From Paramoeba atlantica (Eukaryota; Protista; Discosea), in NCBI GenBank assembly GCA_977017575.1, contig CDRNVI010000065.1:1-64000 (forward strand): DNA of 64,000 nt, given 5' to 3'. A program made the position numbers and the translations under genes. The notes beneath the pieces were generated by a model that ran no database searches, was not told where the DNA came from, and saw only the letters and a list, made by a program, of their open reading frames with translations. Shown piece after piece: positions 1 to 10,658 of the stretch (positions are counted from its first letter, which is position 1; every line of letters begins with the position of its first letter).

Positions 1-287
1 CCTCACTCTAAGAGGCTGGGCTGATAACCGACTAGGCCCAGTACTCGGAGGACCGTCCCGGACCCTCCCCTCAGGGAACCAGCTCCCTTACCCGGCTTAC
101 ACCTCTTGGGTAAGCCGTGTTGACGTACAGTTCGTCGACGCAGCGTGTTGGCAACAGCACGTTGGTGCCGCCTTGGACAAGCGGAAACTGGTAGAGGACG
201 TCGGCCTCGGAACTTCCAAATCTGTCTGTGAAGGGTCTGGCTTGCCAGTGACCATCCGGAGCAATCCGGAATGATTTGGTTTTTTTT
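1..287 (+). mobile_element. Subfamily A element, 5' end cut by the window edge
   Basis: Matches 5219-5505. Confidence 0.75.
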
Positions 288-529
288 GGAGACTCTACCC
301 TAGCGGCTAGCCCTCCGTGTCTTCTTCTTCTCCTCTCCTTCTTAAGGGAGTCGATAAAAAAATTCAACTGAGGACGAGAGGCCCGATTTTTTAGTCTCAA
401 AACGAAACTCAGTTTTTTATCCCCCTTTTTGTCGAGGGGCAAGGGCCATTTTGCGGGGGGGTTAACATTGTTGTTGGTAGCGGGGTCTTCCTCTGTCGCA
501 GAAAACAGAAAAAACCAACCAGGAGAAAA

Positions 530-1152
530 ATGCAAAAAATACACTTCCAAAGACCGATAAAGAAATGTTACCAAACGAACAAAAGAGATCCATATCTACA
601 GGAGAAGCTCCAAAGAAACTGCGAAAGAGATCACAGAAACAGAAACTGCCAGCTTCAAAACTATCACCAGCATTTTCAACCCCCAAGAAGATGCAAACGA
701 AACGAAAAATGCCAACTCAAGAGATCCAGGAGTTGGAATTATCTAAGGCTTCTGTAAAATATGAAGGAGAAAACAGTGAGTAACCCCCCCAGCCTCCCCC
801 CACCCCATCTCCCCCACCCCCCCGCCAGCATATTGTCCGATTTTATTTCTTTTCTTTTCTGCAAGATGCATTTCGTTTTTTATGTGTTTGATGTTGGTTT
901 GGTTGAAAACTAATTTAGTATACCGTGAAGCTGGTGTACCGCTCGTCTCGCAATTTCAGGTAAGTTGTCTCAAACTAGCTAGGTAGTAACAGTAAAACTA
1001 GCCACGCCCATCTAGGAAGATAAAAAAAAAGCTAGGAAGATAATCACGGCTAATTAACCTAAGGCAACGTTGCGACGATAACCTAACCTAAGTGTGAAAA
1101 TTAGTATGGCAAACAGTTTAACCTCCTTAAATGATCTATATCAGTGTTGTTG
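530..1152 (+). mobile_element. Probable LINE 3' end (basic ORF tail, 3'UTR, (GTT)n tail) in the tandem unit
   Basis: Ends in TTAACCTCCTTAAATGATCTATATCAGTGTTGTTGTT, matching the 3' end of the TSD-flanked insertion at 25128-25714. Confidence 0.55.
781..826 (-). other. G-quadruplex-prone tract in each repeat unit
   Basis: Five C-runs of 4-7 nt on the plus strand. Confidence 0.4.
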
Positions 1153-1605
1153 TTCTTGAAAGAGTCCGTGCTAACCCCCTTGGTGCGACATCCGTCATTA
1201 CGGATTGTGCCGATGATATCGGCTGTCGCATCGAGGGCTGTATCTCTGCGCCAACGAGCGCATGAACATCAAATTGTCGCAGCGACGACGACTTTCTGTA
1301 CCTTGTTCATTTTATTATTAAATAAGACTTTTCATGGCAGCACGGGGGAGCCCCCCCATACGTAGTTTGTCCCCCCCAACCAAAGACGTGGTTTGTCCGC
1401 AAGCTCGGTGTATTCAGGCTCATGATGGTACAGAAGTACCGCCTTCCCGATCGCATCAAGTTTAGGAAGTTCCTATGCTCGGCCTAACGGATTAAGTTTT
1501 TCCACACTTTGGGTTGCAGGTGAGGGGGTAAATTTTGGTTCTTTCTCGCCCATTCGTTTCTTAGTTCATACGTCGTTCATATGGGCAAAACCCCTCTTAT
1601 CGACT

Positions 1606-1765
1606 AAATCCAATACAAATCATTCCGGATTGCTCCAGACGGTCGCTGGCAAGCCAGACCCTTCACAGACAGATTTGGAAGTTCAGAGGCCGACGTCCTC
1701 TACCAGTTTCCGCTTTTCCAAGGCGGCACCAACGTGCTATTGCCAACACGCTGCGTCGACGAACT
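1606..1765 (-). mobile_element. Inverted 3' half of a subfamily A element (also ~6824-6983 and ~11850-12009)
   Basis: Reverse complement of the 3' ~155 nt of the body; lies head-to-head with the plus-strand copy at 1770. Confidence 0.8.
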
Positions 1766-1769
1766 CGAA

Positions 1770-2126
1770 GTGGCAAGAACTCGAAGTTTGAAGCACATGG
1801 TGCTCAGATGGCGAGTTCAAACGCATTTTTCCTGGCGGCTTCACTCTCAGAGGCTGCGCTGAGAACATTCTGGGCCCAGTACTCGGAGGATCGTCCCGGA
1901 CCCTCCGCTAAGGGAACCAGCTCCCTTACCCGGCTTACACCTCTTGGGTAAGCCGTGTTGACGTACAATTCGTCGACGCAGCGTGTTGGCAACAGCACGT
2001 TGGTGCCGCCTTGGAAAAGCGGAAACTGGTAGAGGACGTCGGCCTCGGAACTTCCAAATTTGTCTGTGAAGGGTCTGGCTTGCCAGTGACCGTCCGGAGC
2101 AATCCGGAATGATTTGGTTTTTTTTT
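1770..2126 (+). mobile_element. Subfamily A variant with partial head (also 6988-7344 and 12014-12370)
   Basis: Same body with substitutions (e.g. GCTTC/GAGGC wobble in place of GCCTC/GAGGC); ends in a T run. Confidence 0.75.
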
Positions 2127-2756
2127 GGAGACTCTACCCTAGCGGCTAGCTCTGCAGAGCCATCCGTGTCTTCTTCTTCTTCTTCTTCTTAAGGGGGTGG
2201 ATAAAAAAATTCAAATGATGGCGAGAGGCCCGATTTTTTTTGTCGCAAAACGAAACTCAGTTTTACATGCCCCTTTTTGTCGAGGGGCAAGGGCCCTTTT
2301 TCGGGGGGGATGTAAAATTGAAGAAGAATGCCCGGCGTCTTCACTCTAAGAGGCTGGGCTGATAACCGACTAGGTCAAGTACTCGGAGGACCGTCCCGGA
2401 CCTTCCTATCGGGGAACCAGCTCCCTTACCGGGCTCACACTTCTTGGGTGAGCCGTGTTGGCGTACAATTGGTCGAGGCATAAACCCAAAAAGAAGAAGA
2501 GAAGAATAGAAACCCGACCAACCACCAACCATCACTGGGATAATAAATTAATATGTCCCAGTTGAAAGCTTCACAAATTTCTCCTACCCATAAAACACTT
2601 TGGCGGTCTCCACAAAACTAACATATTCACCAGAAGCTTTTCAAAAACATCTTGCACCAGGCTAAGGGGCGGAGGTCTTGCAAGGGGCGGAGGTGGCGGA
2701 GGGGCAAGAATTCAAAGTTTGAAGCACATGGTGCTCAGACGGCGAGTTTAAACCCG

Positions 2757-3187
2757 CGGTGCTCGCGTAGTTGTTAGACGGTGGGCCTTACAACCTGCAG
2801 GTTGTGGGTTCGATTCCCGCTATCGACAAAACTCGCAACCTGGCGGCCTCACTGCAAAGGGAAAGCGATCAGGAGTGCCTTCAAGGCCCACACCCAACCC
2901 CGCTCCCCTGGAGGACCGGCCCGGAACCGCCGAGCTGAACCAGGCTCCAGCGCAGCCGATAAATTGCGAGATGCTTACGCAAAGGAGGCTTGAGACACAG
3001 CCTACACGATGCAACGGGGTGGACGCCCGTCCTGGTAGCTACGGTTGGGTAGCCGTGCTCGGGCCGCAAGGCGTCGAGTGCCTTCTGGGAAGGGGGTAGC
3101 AACACGATGAAGGTCGGTGGCCTGAGACTCTACCCTAACGGTTGGCGCTGCAGAGCCCTCCGTGTCTTCTTCTTCTTCTTCTTCTTC
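2757..3187 (+). mobile_element. tRNA(Val)-like-headed structured element, subfamily B (also 7975-8405 and 13592-14040)
   Basis: Anticodon-like loop CTTACAA 2787-2793, variable segment AGGTT, T-arm GTGGG-TTCGATT-CCCGC. The body shares CCTGGCGGCCTCACT, GGAGGACCG.CCCGGA, AACCAG and GGGTAGCCGTG with subfamily A. GCC-GCAA-GGC hairpin 3063-3072; (TTC)n tail. Confidence 0.65.
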
Positions 3188-3504
3188 AAACCCGCTCATC
3201 GCAATATCCCCGGCGGCCTCACTCTAAGAGGCTGGGCTGATAACCAACTAGGCCCAGTACTCGGAGGATCGTCCCGGACCCTCCCCTCAGGGAACCAGCT
3301 CCCTTACCCGGCTTACACCTCTTGGGTAAGCCGTGTTGACGTACAATTCGTCGACGCAGCGTGTTGGCAACAGCACGTTGGTGCCGCCTTGGAAAAGCGG
3401 AAACTGGTAGAGGACGTCGGCCTCGGAACTTCCAAATCTGTCTGTGAAGGGCCTGGCTTGCCAGTGACCATCCGGAGCGATCCGGAATGATTTGGATTTT
3501 GGAT
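3188..3504 (+). mobile_element. Subfamily A element lacking box A, abutting an antisense RNase H fragment (also 8406-8647)
   Basis: Starts at AAACCCGCTCATCGC and ends in GATTTGGATTTTGGATT. The minus-strand RNase H reading CKVKSH runs directly into it. Confidence 0.75.
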
Positions 3505-4190
3505 TATGAGATTTAACTTTGCACACATACAAATTAACATTCTGAGATTTTAGTTTCCGCACCTGATGCTCTATATCTTGTAGAATGTTTCTGTTGACGC
3601 TGCCGTCATACCCTATTACCCGTCTTCGAATGCGAACATGATGAAAGAAGTGCCACGCATAGAATGAATCTGTGTGTACTACGATATCTTTTGCTCCGCC
3701 CGGTATTCTTTTAAGCGCCTCTCGGAAAGATTCAGCCTCAGCTTGCTCGGCACTATCAACATCTAGTGTTAAGGAAAAACATTTATCGGTTGTCCACCGT
3801 TGAAGCACAACAATTCCAGCACCTGCTCTGATCTCGTTTGTCACCCGCAAGGCACGGACTGAACCATCAATATAGAAGTGAACCTCACCATCTTTTACTG
3901 GAAGGATCAGAACTTTCTTCGACAAATTGGAAATCGTAAGGCGTATCTTGCTTCAAGGCGTAGGCATGTTTACTTTTCCATCTAGGAGAAGAGAGTCTTT
4001 CGTAATCCGGGAGCGGTTCGAGTGCTACGTGTATGACCCTCGCTTGGCCGAACGAACGGCGAAGAATACAATGTCAAAGCGCTTGGTCCGCCACCGGAAA
4101 GTAGACGGCGAAGTAATTGGACTAGTGACCAGCCTTCTGGAACGGCGATACAGCCAGCAACAGATTAGTGTCACCCTAAACAAGGAGCAA

Positions 4191-4313
4191 AGAGGAAGAA
4201 AGAGGAAGAAAGAGGAAGAAAGAGGAAGAAAGAGGAAGAAAGAGGAAGAAAGAGGAAGAAAGAGGAAGAAAGAGGAAGAAAGAGGAAGAAAGAGGAAGAA
4301 AGAGGAAGAGGAG
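4191..4313 (+). repeat. Polypurine 21-nt-period repeat (AGAGGAAGAA-based) inside the LINE fragment
   Basis: Directly visible; copy 2 (9333-9443) is shorter. Confidence 0.95.
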
Positions 4314-4570
4314 CAGGGGTCGCTCGCGCGACCCCCGCTAAATAGGGGGGGAAGGTGGTAGTTGTGGGGTATGGAGGCCTCTCGCAACTCCGGGGCCTCA
4401 CCGGGAGCACAATTGAGGTTACCTATTTTTTATGTTAACTGTGTGGCAAAATTGTAAATTTTTGGAAGGTGTTGAAATTTTTTTTTAGGGGTCGATTTTT
4501 TTTTAGGGGTTGAAATCTTTTTTAGGCCTTGAAATTTTTTTGAAGGGGTCGACTTCTTTTTAATCGGTTT

Positions 4571-4680
4571 ATGACAGATAAGGGTGCGGCTTATATGACA
4601 GATAAGGGTGCTGTATGACAGATAAGGGTGCGAGTTTCTATGGCAGATAAGGGTGCCGCGTTTATGACAGATAATGGTGC
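4571..4680 (+). repeat. ATGACAGATAAGGGTGC-core minisatellite, about 5 units
   Basis: Directly visible; one more unit in copy 2. A related reverse-strand motif TTATCTGTCAC occurs near 42750. Confidence 0.9.
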
Positions 4681-5126
4681 GAGTGGGTACCTTTAAATCT
4701 TCACGTAACTTTTTCCAGTGATCTCGATCCTGAGCGTATACGAGGGCTTGTTCTTCGGTAATGTCCAGATCGTGAAAGCAAGCTTCGCTTGGTGAGGGAT
4801 TTCGTTTCCTATCGCTGCATTTCCACTGAATAAGATCTCGAAACATGAATGAGTGCCTTAGAATGTGACCAACAATTTTAGCCCGACTAACGCGATGTAC
4901 GGTGGAGAAACGAGGAGTGCCGCAATAAAGTCACTCGATAGTGTAGCAGTGTCAAAACTCGTCCAGTTTAGCACAATTATAGCAAAATCTTCGCATCATA
5001 TTGAGCTCAACTTCTGTTTGCCGAAGCATTATGTTGGATATGGAAAGCGAAGCGGCACCAAAGGTCATGATTGGATAAGCGAGGCAATCAAACAAACGCA
5101 GTTTTGTTGCTGCACTCAGTGACGAG

Positions 5127-5505
5127 GTGGAGGTGGCGGAGTGGCAAGAACTCAAAGTTTGAAGCACATGGTGCTCAGAAGGCGAGTTCAAACCCGCTCA
5201 TCGCAATATTCCCGGCGGCCTCACTCTAAGAGGCTGGGCTGATAACCAACTAGGCCCAGTACTCGGAGGATCGTCCCGGACCCTCCCCTCAGGGAACCAG
5301 CTCCCTTACCCAGCTTAAAACTCTTGGGTAAGCCGTGTTGACGTACAGTTCGTCGACGCAGCGTGTTGGCAACAGCACGTTGGTGCCGCCTTGGACAAGC
5401 GGAAACTGGTAGAGAACGTCGGCCTCGGAACTTCCAAATCTGTCTGTGAAGGGTCTGGCTTGCCAGTGACCATCCGGAGCAATCCGGAATGATTTGGTTT
5501 TTTTT
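5127..5505 (+). mobile_element. tRNA-headed structured SINE-like element, subfamily A (complete copy)
   Basis: Box A TGGCGGAGTGG 5134-5144; box B GTTCAAACC 5186-5194; degenerate acceptor pairing GTGGAGG/TCATCGC; hairpin AGCAC-ATG-GTGCT in the variable-arm position; GCAA-tetraloop hairpins 5359-5382 and 5473-5488; T8 run 5498-5505; many dispersed copies in both orientations. Confidence 0.75.
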
Positions 5506-8500
5506 GGAGACTCTACCCTAGCGGCTAGCCCTCCGTGTCTTCTTCTTCTCCTCTCCTTCTTAAGGGAGTCGATAAAAAAATTCAACTGAGGACGAGAGGC
5601 CCGATTTTTTAGTCTCAAAACGAAACTCAGTTTTTTATCCCCCTTTTTGTCGAGGGGCAAGGGCCATTTTGCGGGGGGGTTAACATTGTTGTTGGTAGCG
5701 GGGTCTTCCTCTGTCGCAGAAAACAGAAAAAACCAACCAGGAGAAAAATGCAAAAAATACACTTCCAAAGACCGATAAAGAAATGTTACCAAACGAACAA
5801 AAGAGATCCATATCTACAGGAGAAGCTCCAAAGAAACTGCGAAAGAGATCACAGAAACAGAAACTGCCAGCTTCAAAACTATCACCAGCATTTTCAACCC
5901 CCAAGAAGATGCAAACGAAACGAAAAATGCCAACTCAAGAGATCCAGGAGTTGGAATTATCTAAGGCTTCTGTAAAATATGAAGGAGAAAACAGTGAGTA
6001 ACCCCCCAAGCCTCCCCCCACCCCATCTCCCCCACCCCCCCGCCAGCATATTGTCCGATTTTATTTCTTTTCTTTTCTGCAAGATGCATTTCGTTTTTTA
6101 TGTGTTTGATGTTGGTTTGGTTGAAAACTAATTTAGTATACCGTGAAGCTGGTGTACCGCTCGTCTCGCAATTTCAGGTAAGTTGTCTCAAACTAGCTAG
6201 GTAGTAACAGTAAAACTAGCCACGCCCATCTAGGAAGATAAAAAAAAAGCTAGGAAGATAATCACGGCTAATTAACCTAAGGCAACGTTGCGACGATAAC
6301 CTAACCTAAGTGTGAAAATTAGTATGGCAAACAGTTTAACCTCCTTAAATGATCTATATCAGTGTTGTTGTTCTTGAAAGAGTCCGTGCTAACCCCCTTG
6401 GTGCGACATCCGTCATTACGGATTGTGCCGATGATATCGGCTGTCGCATCGAGGGCTGTATCTCTGCGCCAACGAGCGCATGAACATCAAATTGTCGCAG
6501 CGACGACGACTTTCTGTACCTTGTTCATTTTATTATTAAATAAGACTTTTCATGGCAGCACGGGGGAGCCCCCCCATACGTAGTTTGTCCCCCCCAACCA
6601 AAGACGTGGTTTGTCCGCAAGCTAGGTGTATTCAGGCTCATGATGGTACAGAAGTACCGCCTTCCCGATCGCATCAAGTTTAGGAAGTTCCTATGCTCGG
6701 CCTAACGGATTAAGTTTTTCCACACTTTGGGTTGCAGGTGAGGGGGTAAATTTTGGTTCTTTCTCGCCCATTCGTTTCTTAGTTCATACGTCGTTCATAT
6801 GGGCAAAACCCCTCTTATCGACTAAATCCAATACAAATCATTCCGGATTGCTCCAGACGGTCGCTGGCAAGCCAGACCCTTCACAGACAGATTTGGAAGT
6901 TCAGAGGCCGACGTCCTCTACCAGTTTCCGCTTTTCCATGGCGGCACCAACGTGCTATTGCCAACACGCTGCGTCGACGAACTCGAAGTGGCAAGAACTC
7001 GAAGTTTGAAGCACATGGTGCTCAGATGGCGAGTTCAAACGCATTTTTCCTGGCGGCTTCACTCTCAGAGGCTGCGCTGAGAACATTCTGGGCCCAGTAC
7101 TCGGAGGATCGTCCCGGACCCTCCGCTAAGGGAACCAGCTCCCTTACCCGGCTTACACCTCTTGGGTAAGCCGTGTTGACGTACAATTCGTCGACGCAGC
7201 GTGTTGGCAACAGCACGTTGGTGCCGCCTTGGAAAAGCGGAAACTGGTAGAGGACGTCGGCCTCGGAACTTCCAAATTTGTCTGTGAAGGGTCTGGCTTG
7301 CCAGTGACCGTCCGGAGCAATCCGGAATGATTTGGTTTTTTTTTGGAGACTCTACCCTAGCGGCTAGCTCTGCAGAGCCATCCGTGTCTTCTTCTTCTTC
7401 TTCTTCTTAAGGGGGTGGATAAAAAAATTCAAATGATGGCGAGAGGCCCGATTTTTTTTGTCGCAAAACGAAACTCAGTTTTACATGCCCCTTTTTGTCG
7501 AGGGGCAAGGGCCCTTTTTCGGGGGGGATGTAAAATTGAAGAAGAATGCCCGGCGTCTTCACTCTAAGAGGCTGGGCTGATAACCGACTAGGTCAAGTAC
7601 TCGGAGGACCGTCCCGGACCTTCCTATCGGGGAACCAGCTCCCTTACCGGGCTCACACTTCTTGGGTGAGCCGTGTTGGCGTACAATTGGTCGAGGCATA
7701 AACCCAAAAAGAAGAAGAGAAGAATAGAAACCCGACCAACCACCAACCATCACTGGGATAATAAATTAATATGTCCCAGTTGAAAGCTTCACAAATTTCT
7801 CCTACCCATAAAACACTTTGGCGGTCTCCACAAAACTAACATATTCACCAGAAGCTTTTCAAAAACATCTTGCACCAGGCTAAGGGGCGGAGGTCTTGCA
7901 AGGGGCGGAGGTGGCGGAGGGGCAAGAATTCAAAGTTTGAAGCACATGGTGCTCAGACGGCGAGTTTAAACCCGCAGTGCTCGCGTAGTTGTTAGACGGT
8001 GGGCCTTACAACCTGCAGGTTGTGGGTTCGATTCCCGCTATCGACAAAACTCGCAACCTGGCGGCCTCACTGCAAAGGGAAAGCGATCAGGAGTGCCTTC
8101 AAGGCCCACACCCAACCCCGCTCCCCTGGAGGACCGACCCGGAACCGCCGAGCTGAACCAGGCTCCAGCGCAGCCGATAAATTGCGAGATGCTTACGCAA
8201 AGGAGGCTTGAGACACAGCCTACACGATGCAACGGGGTGGACGCCCGTCCTGGTAGCTACGGTTGGGTAGCCGTGCTCGGGCCGCAAGGCGTCGAGTGCC
8301 GTCTGGGAAGGGGGTAGCAACACGATGAAGGTCGGTGGCCTGAGACTCTACCCTAACGGTTGGCGCTGCAGAGCCCTCCGTGTCTTCTTCTTCTTCTTCT
8401 TCTTCAAACCCGCTCATCGCAATATCCCCGGCGGCCTCACTCTAAGAGGCTGGGCTGATAACCAACTAGGCCCAGTACTCGGAGGATCGTCCCGGACCCT

Positions 8501-10279
8501 CCCCTCAGGGAACCAGCTCCCTTACCCGGCTTACACCTCTTGGGTAAGCCGTGTTGACGTACAATTCGTCGACGCAGCGTGTTGGCAACAGCACGTTGGT
8601 GCCGCCTTGGACATCCGGAGCGATCCGGAATGATTTGGATTTTGGATTATGAGATTTAACTTTGCACACATACAAATTAACATTCTGAGATTTTAGTTTC
8701 CGCACCTGATGCTCTATATCTTGTAGAATGTTTCTGTTGACGCTGCCGTCATACCCTATTACCCGTCTTCGAATGCGAACATGATGAAAGAAGTGCCACG
8801 CATAGAATGAATCTGTGTGTACTACGATATCTTTTGCTCCGCCCGGTATTCTTTTAAGCGCCTCTCGGAAAGATTCAGCCTCAGCTTGCTCGGCACTATC
8901 AACATCTAGTGTTAAGGAAAAACATTTATCGGTTGTCCACCGTTGAAGCACAACAATTCCAGCACCTGCTCTGATCTCGTTTGTCACCCGCAAGGCACGG
9001 ACTGAACCATCAATATAGAAGTGAACCTCACCATCTTTTACTGGAAGGATCAGAACTTTCTTCGACAAATTGGAAATCGTAAGGCGTATCTTGCTTCAAG
9101 GCGTAGGCATGTTTACTTTTCCATCTAGGAGAAGAGAGTCTTTCGTAATCCGGGAGCGGTTCGAGTGCTACGTGTATGACCCTCGCTTGGCCGAACGAAC
9201 GGCGAAGAATACAATGTCAAAGCGCTTGGTCCGCCACCGGAAAGTAGACGGCGAAGTAATTGGACTAGTGACCAGCCTTCTGGAACGGCGATACAGCCAG
9301 CAACAGATTAGTGTCACCCTAAACAAGGAGCAAAGAGGAAGAAAGAGGAAGAAAGAGGAAGAAAGAGGAAGAAAGAGGAAGAAAGAGGAAGAAAGAGGAA
9401 GAAAGAGGAAGAAAGAGGAAGAAAGAGGAAGAAAGAGGAAGAGGAGCAGGGGTCGCTCGCGCGACCCCCGCTAAATAGGGGGGGAAGGTGGTAGTTGTGG
9501 GGTATGGAGGCCTCTCGCAACTCCGGGGCCTCACCGGGAGCACAATTGAGGTTACCTATTTTTTATGTTAACTGTGTGGCAAAATTGTAAATTTTTGGAA
9601 GGTGTTGAAATTTTTTTTTAGGGGTCGATTTTTTTTTAGGGGTTGAAATTTTTTTTAGGCCTTGAAATTTTTTTGAAGGGGTCGACTTCTTTTTAATCGG
9701 TTTATGACAGATAAGGGTGCGGCTTATATGACAGATAAGGGTGCATTATGACAGACAAGGGTGCTGTATGACAGATAAGGGTGCGAGTTTCTATGGCAGA
9801 TAAGGGTGCCGCGTTTATGACAGATAATGGTGCGAGTGGGTACCTTTAAATCTTCACGTAACTTTTTCCAGTGATCTCGATCCTGAGCGTATACGAGGGC
9901 TTGTTCTTCGGTAATGTCCAGATCGTGAAAGCAAGCTTCGCTTGGTGAGGGATTTCGTTTCCTATCGCTGCATTTCCACTGAATAAGATCTCGAAACATG
10001 AATGAGTGCCTTAGAATGTGACCAACAATTTTAGCCCGACTAACGCGATGTACGGTGGAGAAACGAGGAGTGCCGCAATAAAGTCACTCGATAGTGTAGC
10101 AGTGTCAAAACTCGTCCAGTTTAGCACAATTATAGCAAAATCTTCGCATCATATTGAGCTCAACTTCTGTTTGCCGAAGCATTATGTTGGATATGGAAAG
10201 CGAAGCGGCACCAAAGGTCATGATTGGATAAGCGAGGCAATCAAACAAACGCAGTTTTGTTGCTGCACTCAGTGACGAG

Positions 10280-10658
10280 GTGGAGGTGGCGGAGTGGCAA
10301 GAACTCAAAGTTTGAAGCACATGGTGCTCAGAAGGCGAGTTCAAACCCGCTCATCGCAATATTCCCGGCGGCCTCACTCTAAGAGGCTGGGCTGATAACC
10401 AACTAGGCCCAGTACTCGGAGGATCGTCCCGGACCCTCCCCTCAGGGAACCAGCTCCCTTACCCAGCTTAAAACTCTTGGGTAAGCCGTGTTGACGTACA
10501 GTTCGTCGACGCAGCGTGTTGGCAACAGCACGTTGGTGCCGCCTTGGACAAGCGGAAACTGGTAGAGAACGTCGGCCTCGGAACTTCCAAATCTGTCTGT
10601 GAAGGGTCTGGCTTGCCAGTGACCATCCGGAGCAATCCGGAATGATTTGGTTTTTTTT
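10280..10658 (+). mobile_element. Subfamily A SINE-like element, complete copy in the next repeat unit
   Basis: Near-identical to 5127-5505 at offset 5153. Confidence 0.75.

Larger units (their letters stand above)
3505..5126 (-). pseudogene. Non-LTR retrotransposon fragment (post-RT region plus RNase H) inside the tandem unit (also 8648-10279)
   Basis: Translations LSAATKLRLFDCLAYP, SPSEACFHDLDITEEQALVYAQDRDHW, FYIDGSV...HTDSFY...CKVKSH align with the element at 20982-22268; frameshifted and interrupted by simple repeats. Confidence 0.9.

Noticed and set aside
71-574. Recurrent ORFs reading SFRIAPDGHWQARPFTDRFG...
   Set aside because: Antisense translations of the structured element fused to whatever flanks it. 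The G-U wobble pattern supports a plus-strand RNA, not protein coding.
908-965. Possible spliced-leader RNA gene in the tandem unit (AACTAA ... CAG|GTAAGT)
   Set aside because: The exon would be 52 nt rather than ~39 and lacks the conserved ACAGTTTCTGTAC block. The segment appears to lie in a LINE 3'UTR.
1068-1092. TAACC telomere-like repeats, and (TTGGA)4 at 14699 and 24791
   Set aside because: Only two to four units, internal and embedded in retroelement sequence; no telomeric array.
5127-5205. Functional tRNA-Ser or tRNA-Sec gene (likewise tRNA-Val at 2757-2828)
   Set aside because: The anticodon stem does not pair, the T-loop is one base short in A, and the acceptor stem is unpaired in B. 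Treated as tRNA-derived heads only.
5211-5490. Identity of the structured body with 7SL/SRP RNA, RNase P/MRP, rRNA fragments, a hammerhead or group II domain V
   Set aside because: No SRP helix-8 motif, no hammerhead CUGANGA/GAAA core in the right arrangement, no AGC-triad domain V, and no rRNA-conserved strings recognised.
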